A stretch of DNA of 59,278 nucleotides, filler included, from Asterionella formosa (GCA_002256025.1; 6 parts of 6 records of this genome joined end to end with filler, not necessarily neighbours in it), one strand, 5' to 3'. Counted from the whole stretch's first letter, positions 1-13,127 are shown. Numbers and translations: made by a program. Notes: a model not told the origin generated them from the letters alone.

Positions 1-140
1 GGGCTCGTTAGTACAAGTGGTACGAGGAAGAACGTGAAAACCAGAGGTCGACAGTTCGAGTCCATCAGCAAGAACAGAAAGAAAAAGAGAAAAGAGAAAA
101 AGAAAAACAGAGACGAAGAAAACGAGACGAAGAAAACGAG
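1..140 (+). repeat. tRNA-derived head (Pol III A/B boxes) followed by an A/G-rich tract; SINE-like or part of an LTR
   Basis: A-box-like TAGTACAAGTGG (9-20), AGGTC variable-loop motif and B-box GTTCGAGTCC (54-63), then an AAGAAAAAGAGAAAAG tract. Stems do not pair well enough for a functional tRNA. Confidence 0.5.
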
Positions 141-1061
141 AAGGCACTATGAGAAATCCTGTAGGAAAGGATGTGTCGAGCATACACATTAGGATGATGT
201 GGTATGTCGAGCATCAACAGGGGAGGGTGTCAGAATGTGTCTGTTAGGCTGTTGATGTCGACAGGTGTCCGAAGACTAGGTAGTCTGAGGAATGTCTAAA
301 CGGAAATAGACAGGATTTATATAGCAGAAGAATCTGCAGACGAGCGGCGTGAGAAAGATCTTGACCGGTCATTCCAGGGTAGTACTGGAGCGCGCTAGAG
401 TAGCGCCATATATTTCAATATAGATGTAGTATCATGTGAGAATTGAAAATGTCAACGAGAACAAGTGGAATGTGTTTGTTTACGGGTTGATTGGCGAGAT
501 TGTAATGCTGGTGGTTGACGAAACGGATTCACAATGTGCGCTGTGTGCGGAACCATAACGAGTTCGAATGATTTCTTCTCTGTAAACTCTTAATTGAATG
601 ATTATGAACAAAGGTTCACTGCACATGACAATTACTCAAAGATATAATGATCACTTGACCAACAATTGAAGACGCTGTTATCACAAACAATCCTTCCACT
701 TGTCATCGCTAGTATTTTGTTGTTGCTGCAAAAATCAGAGTGATGACAGATGGAAATGGCAAGCCCAATGGAAATGACAAGCCCAATTACATTTCTTCAG
801 CTGGTACATTATCCTACCCAGAAATTCGAATACAGGACTCTAATAGAAATAATAGATATAATAATTAAATATATGTTGTCAAAAGGGATATTATGTAAAT
901 TACAAGGGCATTTTTCAAAACTATTAGACAATATAATAAAAAATTATGATCAGGTGATCACAATCCTATGATGCATCATGGAAACAGTTTCTCCCTTGAC
1001 GTGATGTGCTAAGGCAACTCATTTAGCTCGTATTCAACCACCAATCCAGCCAAATAAAGGA

Positions 1062-3442
1062 ATGGCTAAAAATGCTGCATTGCTTCCTGGATCCATAACA
1101 TCCAGGAAAAACACGGCAATCTCGAAATTATCCATACTAGCAAAGAACTCTAAGCCAAGCTCGCCCATTAAAACAGGAACAGTTACAACAAAACGCCCAA
1201 TGTGGTCGCCGGATAGACAAACAGAGGATCCGGGACTAGCTCTGATGTCAGAAAGCCCAACACAGCACAGTTCACCAGATGTTGACATGCTCGACTTGCA
1301 GAGCCCTCCTGGAACTCCCAAAACAACGAATATGGAATTCACGCCACCAAAGACAACAACAACAACAACGACAGAGCTCCATGTGAATGAACAGATGCGA
1401 TTACTTCCAGAAACTACGGTGGTTACAGACAACCGAGGTTTACAGGTGAAAGATTTGGAGCAAGAGGAGCAGGACCATATCGTGGCCAAAGTTTCTGAAC
1501 AACACTGTGATCCGCCATACACCTTGACAACAACTAATCCTCATTCTTTGGCGAAACAAAATAATCAATATACAGCAATAAAAATAAATCACATGGACAA
1601 AACAGCAAACAATGAATCTATCATGGCTATTATCTGGGCATTTCTCAAGGCTATTCTCAATGAAGTACCATCCGTGCAAATCATTGCTCCAGTTACATCC
1701 AAGGTGCTTGACCCTATCACAAGGAAGCAGGGTAACATTCCAGCTTCAATTGAAACTCGAATTATCAGACGCTGCTATGTGCACAAAGTCGCATTACCTA
1801 AGGATAACTTCCATGGGTGGCTTACTGCATCTGCAAACACCTCAGCCATTGGATATTCTTGGAAACAATAGCCTTCACAAGGTATTATCAAAGTGTCCAG
1901 CTTTATCTGCATCGCAGGCTTTATTTGGGATATCTCCAGTGGGAATGGTGGGAGTATCGTACGGTTCAATGGCAGCGGAAAATCGAATTTGGCTAGCAAA
2001 GCATCTCACTCAAAAAATTCGTATTCATACTAAAAATAAGGAAATCCCTATTCAATTAAGCAGGTCAAAAATACACGGCTCTTCTGAAACATCTCCATTG
2101 GCATTTGCCACTACCATTCGTTCTAAAAAAGGGATTACGCTGAGGCTTGTTCAGCGCTGACAAAGCTACATGGAACGGACATTGCAAACAAGGACTGGAC
2201 AAGACCGCTTTTGCGATTCATTCCCTTAGCTAGCAATGCTCAAGAGTACAGCAGATGCAAATGATAAGTTTATCCAGCGTCAGTTTTCAATTCAAAAGAA
2301 CCTGATCACTTTCATGCCACACAATCTTCGAGGATTGGAAGAGATGATTGTGTACAAGGATGCAGCACATAAAAATGAGTTTACTATATCAGTTGGGGAG
2401 ATCCTGCGAAATCTGCTTGATGCGGATGGCAATAATATGTTCCAACGCGGTGGTGCCACATGGCACTAAGCAAAAGACGGCAATATTGGCCAGCACAACG
2501 CGCAAGAAGGCTAAGATGTATAAGGTTAGATATCACTTGCTCACGGTGGCTAAAGAGACATTCCCAGACCTGAATGTACATGAATTATATAATGAGATGG
2601 ACTCACTACAGGAACAAACAGCAGCATATCATCATTCACGAATTGTTTACAAACATGATGAAGAAGCAAAGCTGGATGATATCTTTGCTGAGCTTGATAG
2701 CACTTTCCCTTCCTTGTCACTCTCATCTAAAGCTACATCTTTCGACAGCAGTGCAGTAGATTCATACATTTCGGCAAGTGGTGTGATCTCTACCTTAGGA
2801 AACGCATCACAATCAGCAAACTATCTTCACACTGAAGCACCAACACGCTCCAGTACAAAACATACTCAGTCAATGAAAGCGCGACGACAAACAAGGTACA
2901 ACACTGACAGCGACCTCAGCAGCGGTAGTGAGGATAGCGCTAGCACTCACAAAAGTCGACTACAATCCAATAAGCTTCATCAACATTGCACAATTCCTGC
3001 CACACCCCGAAAATCATATCTACAGGTAGAAAAAGATCAAATAATCTTGAAAGGTCCAGAAGATCTTTCTGAAATTACTCCATCGGACTCTACTTGGCGT
3101 AATCACAGTGCTATTCAAATTGAAATGTCCTCATTTCATAATGAACTGTTGAAAAAGGAACACAATATATATGATCAAGGGGCGGCACAAGAAGCACTCC
3201 AGGACACAGTGACCATTATGCAACAATATACTGAGGAAAATAAGGGTAACTTACTTCTGATGATGGACATGTTGAGTCAACTGCGCCCTAGTCGCTTGGT
3301 TCCTAGTCTGTCCCCTAATACACCCCTCAATATCCCGAACAACTCCCAACCTGGAAGAAACCAACAAAACAATGAGATATCACTATCACCTCCATCCTGT
3401 CCCCGAGCTGGCGAAGCAAGCCAGAGTGGGCATCCATCATGA
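1062..3442 (+). pseudogene. ORF1 of non-LTR retrotransposon 1 (frameshifted)
   Basis: Overlapping same-strand ORFs 1062-1871, 1612-2160, 2236-2469 and 2348-3442 lie directly upstream of an APE-RT ORF2; Ser/Thr-rich. Confidence 0.6.
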
Positions 3443-6400
3443 ATGCTCACATGGATCATCTGGCCGGACAATCCTGGTTCAACATTACCAGGAATCGAAG
3501 AAACTCATATCCGCCAACCACAAGCTACAACACAAAACCAAAATAGGGCATCATGTGCACTCGGAATAGGAGGAGTACATATCTGTCACAAGAATGCGCA
3601 AAGTTCGGGAGGGCCAAATGTTACAGAATCCAGTGACTTCCAAGGCTTATGGGGAGATGAACTCTCTCCAGTAAGTGGTGATGTAATTCGAATAATTTTC
3701 CAGAATGTGAACGGCATCACACAATCCAGTATGGTCCACGCCGAGATCCAACAAAACATGAAGCGCCTCCAAGGGCATATTTTGGGGATGAGCGAGACAA
3801 TGTCAATTGGAAGAATACAAGGTTTCGGGACTCATGGGAGCGAAAATTGCAACAAGGGTACACAAATTTGTATTTTTCTCATTTTTCCTGTAATGAAGGC
3901 ACATCTACTATTTTGCAAAGAAGGGGGATGTAGCATGATGGCTACAAACGCATTGGGGTCTAGATTGACACAAAGTGGCTCAGATGAAGACATGGGTAGA
4001 TGGGCACGGCAACGCTTTACATGTCACAAACAGTGTCAGTGAACAATCTTCACTGCGTATCAAGTGAGTCAGAAATCGGCTAAGGGGTTGGAAATGGAAA
4101 CGGGGTATATGCAACAGTGGTGGTTTCTGAGGGCGCAGAACAAGTCACCTCCTGTCAATCCCAGGGCGCAACTTTGGATAGATTTATCAGTTCAGCTCAC
4201 GCATTTCCAGGATGCAGGGGACGAAATTATTTTAATGTTAGATGCAAATTCGGACTTTGAAAATGCTCAGTTTCTTCGCATCGTTACCCTCCATAATCTC
4301 ATCGACATTCATTCTATCTTCTATAGCTTGAACCAGCCTCCCAAATCTTACAGATGGGGGAAGAAAAAGATTGACTATATATTTGGGTCTTTTGCGGTAT
4401 CTCCGGCAGTTGCAGGGGGGGGGGCATGACAACATATCATGACAGTGGATTGAAATTGTCTGATCATCAGGCACTTTTCATCGATTTAGAAGTAGGAAGC
4501 ATTCTTTCGACCACAGTGAGCAACAGATCCAGTTTCCCAAAATCGCAGGGGTCTCCACTCCAAAAACAAACAACATGTAAAAGTGTATTTTGCTATGGTT
4601 CACAAACATCTAGCAGCTCATAATATTGTGGCACGATGCACTCACCTACAAGAGCATGCTCATGTCCAACACACATTGAGGAGGTAAAGTTTGAGGTGGA
4701 AAACATTGATAGAGAGGTTAGAAATGCAGTCTTGCAAGCAGAAAAGAAGGTGGCGAATAAGAATTATGGATACGGATGGTCTCCCAGGCTAGCGCTTGCG
4801 GGTCGTACAGTTACCTTCTGGCGTACTTGTCTGCGCATTCATAAGGCTGGCAAAGCTCCTATGATGGTGATGCCTCTTCGCCAATGTCAAGAATTTGGGT
4901 TAGGCAAGTTGGATGATGCGTCGACAGTCTTGCACATTACTCAGGATGATTCATCAGCACTCAGATAGAAATTTTTATCAGATTTAATCAATGAGGCAAT
5001 GATTAAACAAAATAAGCCTAGAGAAGCTGCGGCGCTCTAAAGAGCATTAAAGAAGCTGAATACATGGCCAGGTGATGACAACGACTACATAAATACTCTA
5101 AAGGGGAGGTACGGTCTGGATTAAATAAAATTGAAATCCCGGTTTATGATACAACAGGCGAAATCGTCGACTACCGCATGGTATCGGAGTCGACGGAAAT
5201 GTTCAAGCCCCTTATCCAATGCAATAGTCATCGTTTTGCACAGGCAGCAGCACATACCCCTTTTGTTAATGGTATTTTTGGGAAATATTTGCATCCATTT
5301 GAGCAAAAAATGTTCTCTGAGTTCATATTTGAGGGCACCATAGACCTGAAAAAGTATGAGGTTAGTTCATCCATTAAGAGATGCATCAAGGAAATGAGGT
5401 ATGCACTAGGAGAAATGGTGAGGATCCTGTAAAATCTTCCACCACCTTTGATGAGTTTAAACAAGGATTAAAATCAGTTGTGGAAAAGACTTCCTCATCC
5501 CCCAGTGGGACAAATCTGGGACATTACAAATCTAGTCTCAAGGACGACACTTTTTGCCTTGTTTACTAGACTGGGCTGTCCATTCCATTCGAATTAGGCT
5601 TTACAGTAGACAGGTGGTTGAATGCCTACCAATGCACAGCCTGCCTCGACAAACTTTGGGGTATTCAGTTGATGGAGGCAGATTTAAACATGATGTTGCA
5701 TATCTGATGAAACGTATCACATACAACGGCATCCGCATTTGTAAGAAGATCGGGATAATTTTCAATAATGATGTCAAGGCTGCCTTTGATCGCTTGGTAC
5801 CATCAGTGGGAGGTATTGCACTACGCCGACTTGGGCAGGCTAGCAAAAATGCAGTTCAGAAATTGTTGCTCACTTTAGAGAAAATGTCATGTTGCATCAG
5901 AACAACAATGGGAATTCTGAGGAGAGGTACTTGAATCTTCACAATTGAGTCTTGGGAACATTGCAGGGGTCTGGCGCTTCTCCAGCGTCATGGTTAGCAA
6001 TAACATGCATATTACTGGGGGCAATTTCTGAAGTATCGAGAGGGATCACTTTCTGCATCCCGCGAAACTCTCTTATCATAACGCGGGCTGCAGAAACATA
6101 TGTAGATGATACAGAATTAATGCTAGTAGTGGATCACGGCGATATACATGCATTGGCAGAGGAAATGCAACACATTGCTCAATACTGGGAGCAACTCCTC
6201 TATACAACAGGGTGTACCTTAGCATTAGAAAATGATTCTTTGTTGCAATGGTTTGGAAAGTCGTTCATGACCAATACCACCTCAAAACAAACAAAGAGTT
6301 GGAGTTAGACATTGCGTTTTACTCTGGTGATAATATCGACGTTCACACAGCAATTCCTCAGCGCGATTCTAGTGATGGCCCACGCAATCTTGGTGCTCAG

Positions 6401-7290
6401 TTGGCACCCAGTGGAAACAATGCGGAAGAGATGTCGCACTTGATCCGAAAAGGTAGGCCACTGAGTCAGAATATTTCAGCATCACAACTTCATCGGCACA
6501 AAGTGATGATTGCTTACAAAACCATGTTCCAACCATCCATGAAATAACCCTTATGCGGAAACTCATTCACCGCACAATGCCAAAACAAAACGACTTCATT
6601 TTTTTGGTCCTCCATCTTTGGGGTGCTTTGGCTTTACTGATACATAAATGGATCAGGGAATCAGTCAGGTGCAGATGTTTCTCAGTCATATGCGTCATCA
6701 AGATGAGATTGTAATCTTGCTTCAAATCTTGCTGGAAAATTTACAATTGATCATTGGCTTACCCCTTCTTCCCATGACTTATGATCCACAACAATTCTTA
6801 TGTTTTGTAGAGCCATTGTGGTTGAAAAATGTCTGGGAATTCATTTATTCAATTAAGGGTCAGGTTCACCTTGAGGATTGTTGGGAATTAGGCGAACAGC
6901 GGGTTTAGGACAAGAACCTCATGTACATATGGACATATCCTGGTTGGAAACTCGCTCCCAGGGAATTGAAATGATTAAATGCATGTAGGCAATTCCTCCA
7001 GGGGGTTACAGTTCCAGACATAAGCAAGTGATGCAACAGGAAGATTTATTACTAATAATGTCTTTAAAGGGAATTGTCATCCTGACAGAAAGAAGCAACC
7101 ATCCTCTCTTGCATGGGGCCGGTGGCGTAAAACACTTTATAGAACATTATGCACCAGTTCCAGGCGGCTATTTATTCCATTGGGGAACTGGTTCTCACCT
7201 CCCAAGCACCAGCATTGGACTTTCACCTGTATCGGGAAACACATCGATTGGTGGAATAAACTGAAAGTGGGCTATTCAGGATATATGATC
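3443..7290 (+). mobile_element. Degenerate ORF2 (APE endonuclease + reverse transcriptase) of an Ambal-like non-LTR retrotransposon, 3'-interrupted
   Basis: APE motifs IRIIFQNVNG, GMSET, IILMLDAN, KIDYIFGS, LSDHQALF; RT motifs NDVKAAFDR, GTLQGSGASP, TYVDD; many stops and frameshifts. The Ambal clade label is inferred. Confidence 0.85.
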
Positions 7291-7294
7291 AGGG

Positions 7295-9809
7295 TAACGT
7301 TTTACTTTCTGGGTTACATCCCCATCATTACTTCGGTACACGGCCAACGGCCACCCCTATGCTGCTGTTGCTGCTCCGATCATCCCCCACATGACGCTTT
7401 CGGCAGCCGCAATGCCGACCACCACCACCCCTATTGAAGATCCCATCGATGCCGATCTCCCCTTCACTCCTGTTCCCAAATCCAAAGCGTCGGCTGGCAA
7501 AGCGTCGCAGTCAAAGCTCGAAAAATCGGTTGGCGCCAGACAACCGCGCCTAGGCGCCTTTTTTAAGCGACACGCCATATCCTTCCCATTAACGCCTTCT
7601 GCACCGTCTCCTGCCTCCCATTCCCCACTCTCCATCCATTCCCGACTCCCAACACAACACCAAGAAGCGTTCCTCCAACCCCGCAACCTCCGTAGACACT
7701 CCAATAATCCCCTTCGACACTCCAGCAACCAAAAAAAAGCCTCCCGATCCAACCCTTCCTCTCCGTCTTCTTCTCTTTCTCATGGCTCTCTTGCTCCTCA
7801 ATATGTTTCCGATCCTCTGTCCATCAAACCCGTTCGCCCCTCCGAGGTGGGCTTTCACCAAGTCTGGTTTTTCTTCCAACTTCCGATGCCTCTCGTCACT
7901 CCCCTGCCCAATAATTATTCGTCTGCGGAGATCGCTGCTGCTCTTCTTCCCTTTTTCTCAACGATTTTCTTTCATGATTGCCATGTCTCGATTCTTCTAG
8001 TTTCAGGAGACCCCGCCAAGCATCACACCATGGATCACCCCAACCCCACCTCCGCCAAATCTCTCCAACATCTGATTCGCCTGAACAACTTTACATACTT
8101 ACTTCGAGGTGGACGGAACCTCGATGATCGAATAGTAAAAGGCCGGATTCACCTTGCTTCGCACATGCAAGGCTGCATCCATTCTTCTCAACTCAATCAC
8201 TCTGTCTCATCCCACTTGGATTTTACGGTTAGACAAATTCAACGGCGACCTCCCCACTGATTGCGGCTGGTTCTTGTATTCATCAGCCAGGATGAATTGC
8301 TCTGTTTTCCAGGCTCACCTTAAGGCTCTCTCCTTAGAGGTTCTAGGAAAGGACCTCCCAATCATATGTTTTTGGCGAAAGCTCCATGGCCCAGGGCTTT
8401 ATCCTGCCTACTATATCAGCATCCGCCATTATTGTCGCATCCTCTCCTCCTTTTCAAGTCCAAGTACGCCGCCTCCTTCAGGAAATCATCTCCCCAAAGG
8501 AACAGAACTGTTTCCCATCCCCCTATCCATGCCAACGCACTATAGTATTTTTTTCTCCCACCTTTATCGGCCTCACTGCTGACTATGCCTATGCCCACAA
8601 ACTCCAAGAGCAACAGCAATTCCAGCTTGCTGAAGACAATGTTTGCATTAGCGGCCTGCTCTCCCTCGATCATGTTCTTCTGGACTCATTTGATACTCTT
8701 GGGCACGCATTACTCAGTCTCCCAGAACCCTCTACCGGTCAGAACTACCTAATCAGAAGTATAGAAACTGACAAATTCGATCTATCAGTAGTCTACTTTT
8801 GTACACACTTTGCGAACAAATGCTACGTAGAATCATTGGTTGAAACTCTCTATCCCACCCTACTTCAACATTATCCAGCCCTTACCTCCACTGATGTATG
8901 GCATGACCCTGGTTTACACACAACTACAGTAACTCTAGATGAATTGGTCTCCAGCTCCACCACTGACCTTGATTCCCTCCTTCGCTACTCTCCTTTCGAC
9001 CAACTCAGTTTGTGCGATCTCCCGGCTCCAATAACAAACTCTCTTCGATCTCGCCCCACTTCCAAATCCTGCAGAGGGGGCCGTGGCACCAACAATCGAT
9101 TTCGTTCCACCACATCTCAGTCCCCTACACATTCCCAGCTCCCATCCTCACCCTCGCCATGGAACTCAGGTCCTCCCTCAGTATCTGGGACTACATTATC
9201 CACTCACATCTCCTCCCATGTACCACATCTCCTTGTATTGACCTCTAATATCGCCCTTCTCAAAACCCAAGTCGACGACCTATCTTCCAGGCTCAATACC
9301 TCTGCTCTAACCACATGTGATCCTTCCCCATTGGATACTGTTACAGTCTCCGCCCTCATGGACTCCAAATTAAGTGCATTTGCACTCGAGCTATCTGCCT
9401 CTACTCCAACCGAGGCAGATATGCTGGCTAAAGGGACCTCAACTGCCATCTCCTACGCCATTGTGAAGCAACTAGATCTTCAACATATCCAGTCCCCCAC
9501 AATTTCCCTCCAAGAGTCGTCTCACCCCACTCGAATGATGGATGGGGGAGACGACGGGCTCAATTAGTTCGCTTGGCAATTCTGCCAGCCAATACCAGGA
9601 AACCATCCGGACTCTATAATCTCATTCATTTTCGACTCGGCTGTCCAGGCCGGCGTGCTATGGAATCATGACTCAATGAAAAAAGCGTTACGGGTCTCCT
9701 TTTGAATGTTCCTATACCAGACATATTCTCCTGTCCAATTTGTCTCAAGGAAAAACTACCCTCCTTATCCAGAGGTCCTACTGCTGAATCTCCTTTTCAA
9801 GGGAATTGG
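7295..9809 (+). mobile_element. 5' part of a second, divergent non-LTR retrotransposon (frameshifted ORF1 7391-9567 plus start of ORF2), cut by the contig end
   Basis: Abrupt switch to a C/T-rich strand at ~7300; overlapping ORFs 7391-8260, 8154-8582 and 8386-9567. The last codons of the contig read GPTAESPFQGNW, matching GPNVTESSDFQGLW just before the APE domain of element 1. Confidence 0.65.
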
Positions 9810-9909
9810 NNNNNNNNNNNNNNNNNNNNNNNNNNNNNNNNNNNNNNNNNNNNTTAATTAATTAANNNNNNNNNNNNNNNNNNNNNNNNNNNNNNNNNNN
9901 NNNNNNNNN
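9810..9909. other. Artificial contig linker N44-TTAATTAATTAA-N44
   Basis: Identical 100-bp structure occurs five times; the 12-mer gives stops in all six frames. Confidence 0.98.
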
Positions 9910-11899
9910 CTGGAGCCTCTAAACCTTTGCCCTGGTATCCTTGAGAATCTGTTAAAAGCCGTGCTGAGCTTGCGGATATCCTTTGCCATCAATTCGACTT
10001 GTGCCTGCAACTGCTTCACATCCCTTTGTGTTTCCTATTGTTGACTGTACAGCCCGAGGAGTTCGTTCCTCTGCTGACTAACTCGGCGAATTTCTGTCCC
10101 TCTTGCACCTGTGAGTCCTACTTGCGCCACAACACCACCACTTCCATCCTCCTGTCTTCCAACTGTGTGCATAAATTCAGCATCAATATCATCAATATAC
10201 AACTCCGCCTCTGAACCAGTGACAACAACCAATCGTTTCTCGACAGGATTTTTGCCTTGTGGTAGACGGCGAACAAATGCGTATGCCGACCGAATTCGGT
10301 GCGTCAGTGCAGGTGGTAGGTACTCTTGTAGGGTTGACTCAAAAGAAGCCCACAAAAGTGGGCGGGCCAACGTCAATGCTACAGCCCGTGGATACTGTAG
10401 GGAAATATTTGGAACAACATACCGGTATTCCAGAAGCCACTCATCCAAGAGTCCGCAATTCTCAACAAGAAGGACATACTTACATGGTCCTCCAATGCAA
10501 AGAGAAGCTGCAACCTTTGCATCAGGATTAGGAAGCTCCACATCAATGTAAGTATCAATTTGTTTCTTTGTTCATTTCCAGCGCCCTCTGAAGTCAATAT
10601 CGTCTCGCAAGCAGCCGCATCGTCGTGAATATGTCGATTGATACTTTCGTAGACTGTGTGTTCCAATCGGACCACTATTTAATCTCTGGAACACACCATT
10701 GTTCCATTCCTCCTTCAGGATCTCATATGCCCTCTTTTTCGCAGCTATTGGATTGTTGGTTTCAAGAGGGAAGACCCAGGGATTTTCAGGGGATGCGCCT
10801 CTGTCCATTGATTCTGTCTCAAGATGGATCGACATGGAAAGAAGAACACAATAGAGCGGCGATATGGCTCCAAGGAGAATTTGTTTGGGTGCCTCTCTCT
10901 CCTCTTCCACATTCTTAGACCAGCACAGCTGGCAGATCAGAGCAAAGGGGAAGCGCACACAGGGCAGTAAATTTTCTTTTTTTAGTTGACAACAATCATC
11001 AGTGCGGCCAACCATTTGAAACTGGAATGTGCAAAGTGCAGGCATCTGGTAGCGCCGGACGCCATCAGAGCATGATCGAAGGCAAGTAATAGTGTTGGTG
11101 AACTCATCCGACTCCAGAGGCCGTACTGCTGCTGATTTTTTCCCTTGTTTTCTCACCTCTTTCTTTTTCACTGCCTTGATCAGTTCATTGACAGGAATTG
11201 ACCTGGTTGGGTTGCCACACCTGATGAGACTATTCCAACTGGCAAGTTTGTTTGGCATAAAGTATGACAGTGCTTTTTTATAGTACTGCAGGGAAGTTGA
11301 TCGGCCTAATGTTGGATTGTCATCGCCATTTGGGTCTGGACGACCATACACTTTGAACGCCATCCATTTGTAGATGTCCTCGGGCTGCAATTCACCTAGC
11401 TGCTCTTGACTAAATTCAAAGTTGAAATCATAGTCCATTCCATCTCTATAGGACATCATAGCAGCTAGTATCCTCTTATATTGAGCCCATTGTTGAGGCT
11501 CGTTCATTCCTCTTGTCCTTGTCATGATGATTTTATTATTATATTATTGTACGCCCTTATCTGCTACAGGAGGTATTCTTTATTCACAAGGCATGATGGT
11601 TGATAACAATACAATGGGTAGAATTATCGGCTTGGAAAATATCACTGTTAACCCTAACCTAGTTACCGGTATTATGATTGGTAGAATATACTACCAAAAC
11701 GAGATAACAAATTCTACCAAAAATTCTACATGGTGGAATTTTGAGCTGTTACATACCTCATACTGACCACGTAAATATTTGCCAATACCTTGGAGGTATT
11801 TTCTGTCCTCAGTAGAAGACTACCAAGGCCTACGAGAAAATACTACCTTGGTAGAATTTCGGGACTACTATAGGTATACCGGGAACGTACTGTCCCATA
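9910..11899 (-). mobile_element. Crypton (CryptonS-like) DNA transposon; tyrosine recombinase CDS from 11525 to the contig edge with two in-frame stops
   Basis: YR catalytic motifs VGRTDD, GTHSLRK and FRGRWK*TKKQIDTYID (nucleophile Tyr). The frame continues through TGA (10572-10574) and TAG (10035-10037). Putative 5' terminus TATGG (CCATA at 11895-11899). Confidence 0.85.
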
Positions 11900-11929
11900 C
11901 ATCACTTTTTTGAGCAAGATGCAATAATT

Positions 11930-13127
11930 TTCGGTGTCGGCTTTTGTTTCATAGCCAAGCTCTTCTATTCCTTCTGGCCAGCCAATATAGATTCTAGGAA
12001 TGCCGCTTCCACATCAACAATTTCGCAAATCCATTGTTTGTTAACATCCTTGCTGTGATTAAAGAGTGTGATTGCAAAAACTGTTCTTGTTGTTGTATCG
12101 GTTGCAACTGGGGCAAATGACTCTGTGAAGTCGACGCCAGGGATTTGTACATATCCCTTCACAACAATTCGTCCTTTATAGCGGATGGATAAGTCTTGTT
12201 CAGACTTCTTCTTAAACACCAATCGACTGCCTAGCATCTTGCGTTCATTGAGCATTTTCCTTGGAAATTTCTCCCACACTTTGCGTTTGTAGAAATTGTT
12301 AATTTCCATTTTCATTGCCTCGATCCACTTATCACGTTCAGGATCAGTCATTGCTTGTTTGTACCCTTTTGGTTCTCCAGCCAGGATCAGATGCTAATGA
12401 TGTTGAATATATTAAATGTATTTCAACGACTCTGTCAATTTCATTGAACATTGTTGCAAGAACCTCTTCGTGTTGTTTTGGTGGTGGTGACGCCATCATT
12501 AGTGCTCTTCTAGCATTTTTTATGGGGATCTGTGTCCATCCATCCAATTTCCTCATTTCTCATTGCAATTTGCTGTCTTTAGAAGAACTATCTGTATTCT
12601 CTCTCCCTGCTTCAGGGTCGGCAAAATGCACATGAGGTTTAATGGGGGGTATTGTTATAGCCGGGGTACTAGCTCCATCACCAAATACTGCTGGTAGGGG
12701 TACCACAATTGCTGGGGGTATTTTGACATTTTCTGTGATGTCATATACAGTCATATCTGTTGTGATATTGGACTTCCCATGCCACTCTCCCCACTTGATG
12801 TTCCTAGTATTGATCACTTCTTCCCATAAGAGTCCTTGTGACTCACCGGAAAATTTAGCCTTCAACATTGCAGCGACGCTTCTGTCTCCAATAGTCACAA
12901 TTTGCTTTCCACCAGACCGTTTTGCTGTGGGGTGCGTGGAGCAGTAAATTCGATAGTGATATTAAGCTTGTCACACATTGCAGAAAGTCCCTTGATATTT
13001 TCCCCAGCATTGTCACATCGCAGGTACCGAATGACGTAGTTAGCATTGCGTAATTTAAGCAATAGTGGTTCCACTGTAGCCGCCATCTGTGACTTTTTCT
13101 TGACAAAGAAAATCCAGGATTTTCCAC
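11930..13127 (-). mobile_element. Ty1/Copia (CoDi-like) pol fragments: integrase core and RT, internally deleted
   Basis: Integrase motifs SGKSWIFFVKKKS, YLRCDNAGEN, TAPRTPQQNGLVE; RT motifs WIEAMKMEI, YKGRIVVKGYVQIPGVDFTESFAPV, DVEAAFL. Confidence 0.9.

Noticed and set aside
1..75. Functional tRNA gene
   Set aside because: A/B boxes are present but the acceptor, anticodon and T stems do not pair properly.
9854..9865. TTAATTAATTAA as a biological motif
   Set aside because: Sits at the centre of N-runs five times; an assembly spacer.
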